Shown here: positions 63,630 through 64,000 of the stretch, piece after piece
Layout of the letters: each line of letters opens with the position of its first letter
Position numbering within the stretch: position 1 is the stretch's first letter
NCBI RefSeq assembly: GCF_030144855.1
Contig: NC_082713.1
Span: forward strand, 144,646,001-144,710,000
Reading direction: 5' to 3'
Source of the DNA: Hypanus sabinus
Taxonomy: Eukaryota
Length of the DNA stretch: 64,000 nt
Notes under the pieces: model-generated
The model's database searches: none
What the model was told of the DNA's origin: nothing
What the model saw: only the letters and a program-made list of their open reading frames with translations
Made by a program: the position numbers and the translations under genes

Positions 63630-64000
63630 TACAGTATATCAACAATTTGGATAAGAATGCACAATGCATGGTTATTAAGTTGGCAGGTGACACTGAAGTA
63701 AGTGGTAGAGTGGACAACGAAGAAGGTTCTCAAAAATCACAGGTCTTGATCAGTTGAACAAGTGGGCCAAGGTATGGCAAATGGGAGTTTAATTCGGATA
63801 ATTGTGAGGTATTTCATTTTGAAAAGTCAAATCTAGATAGGAGTTTCACAGTGAATGACATGGCCTTGGGGAAGTGTTGCAGAGGAACCTTGGAATACAA
63901 GTACAGGGTTCACTGATAGTTGAGTCACAGGTAGACAGGGTGTTGAAGGTTTTTGGCATGCTGGTCTTCATAAACCAGGCCACTGAATATAAAAGTTGAC
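63630..64000 (+). mobile_element. CR1-clade LINE RT fragment, runs off the window
   Basis: aagttggcaggtgacactgaa (K.A.DT.), tggcaaatgg..tttaat..gataa.tgtgaggt (WQM.FN..KCEV-like). Confidence 0.75.

Noticed and set aside
1-64000. CRISPR arrays, operons, rRNA or tRNA genes
   Set aside because: None seen; tRNA-like boxes belong to SINE heads and the DNA is intron-rich vertebrate sequence.

Overview
Eukaryotic (vertebrate) genomic DNA, most likely a cartilaginous fish such as a ray or skate, judged from its repeat families. No prokaryotic features or CRISPR arrays. Four spliced genes were reconstructed by hand from GT/AG junctions and reading phase. (1) The 3' six coding exons of ADCK2 (+, 428-7922), whose catalytic loop reads HGELHPKN instead of H(A/G)DLHPGN. 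(2) An unnamed VWA3-type VWA + DUF4537 (C11orf16/VWA3B-like) gene (-, about 22099 to 10410); its last recognisable exon keeps one frame to a splice donor but carries two in-frame stops, so it is truncated or decaying. (3) Complete NDUFB2 (+, CDS 27786-33978, 102 aa). (4) Complete PRDM4 (-, CDS 55493-39855, about 780 aa, CpG-island promoter near 61.2-61.7 kb). Introns are full of mobile DNA: three Tc1/mariner elements, two solo LTRs with target-site duplications (TSDs), CR1, Rex1/Babar-like and HERO-like LINE pieces, V-SINE-like SINEs, and Penelope-like elements plus short fold-back derivatives with hammerhead-ribozyme-like motifs. Several local rearrangements are visible, including a ~265-bp inverted duplication fused to a CR1 5' end by microhomology. 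Gene identities rest on recalled protein sequences and motifs; no database search was run.
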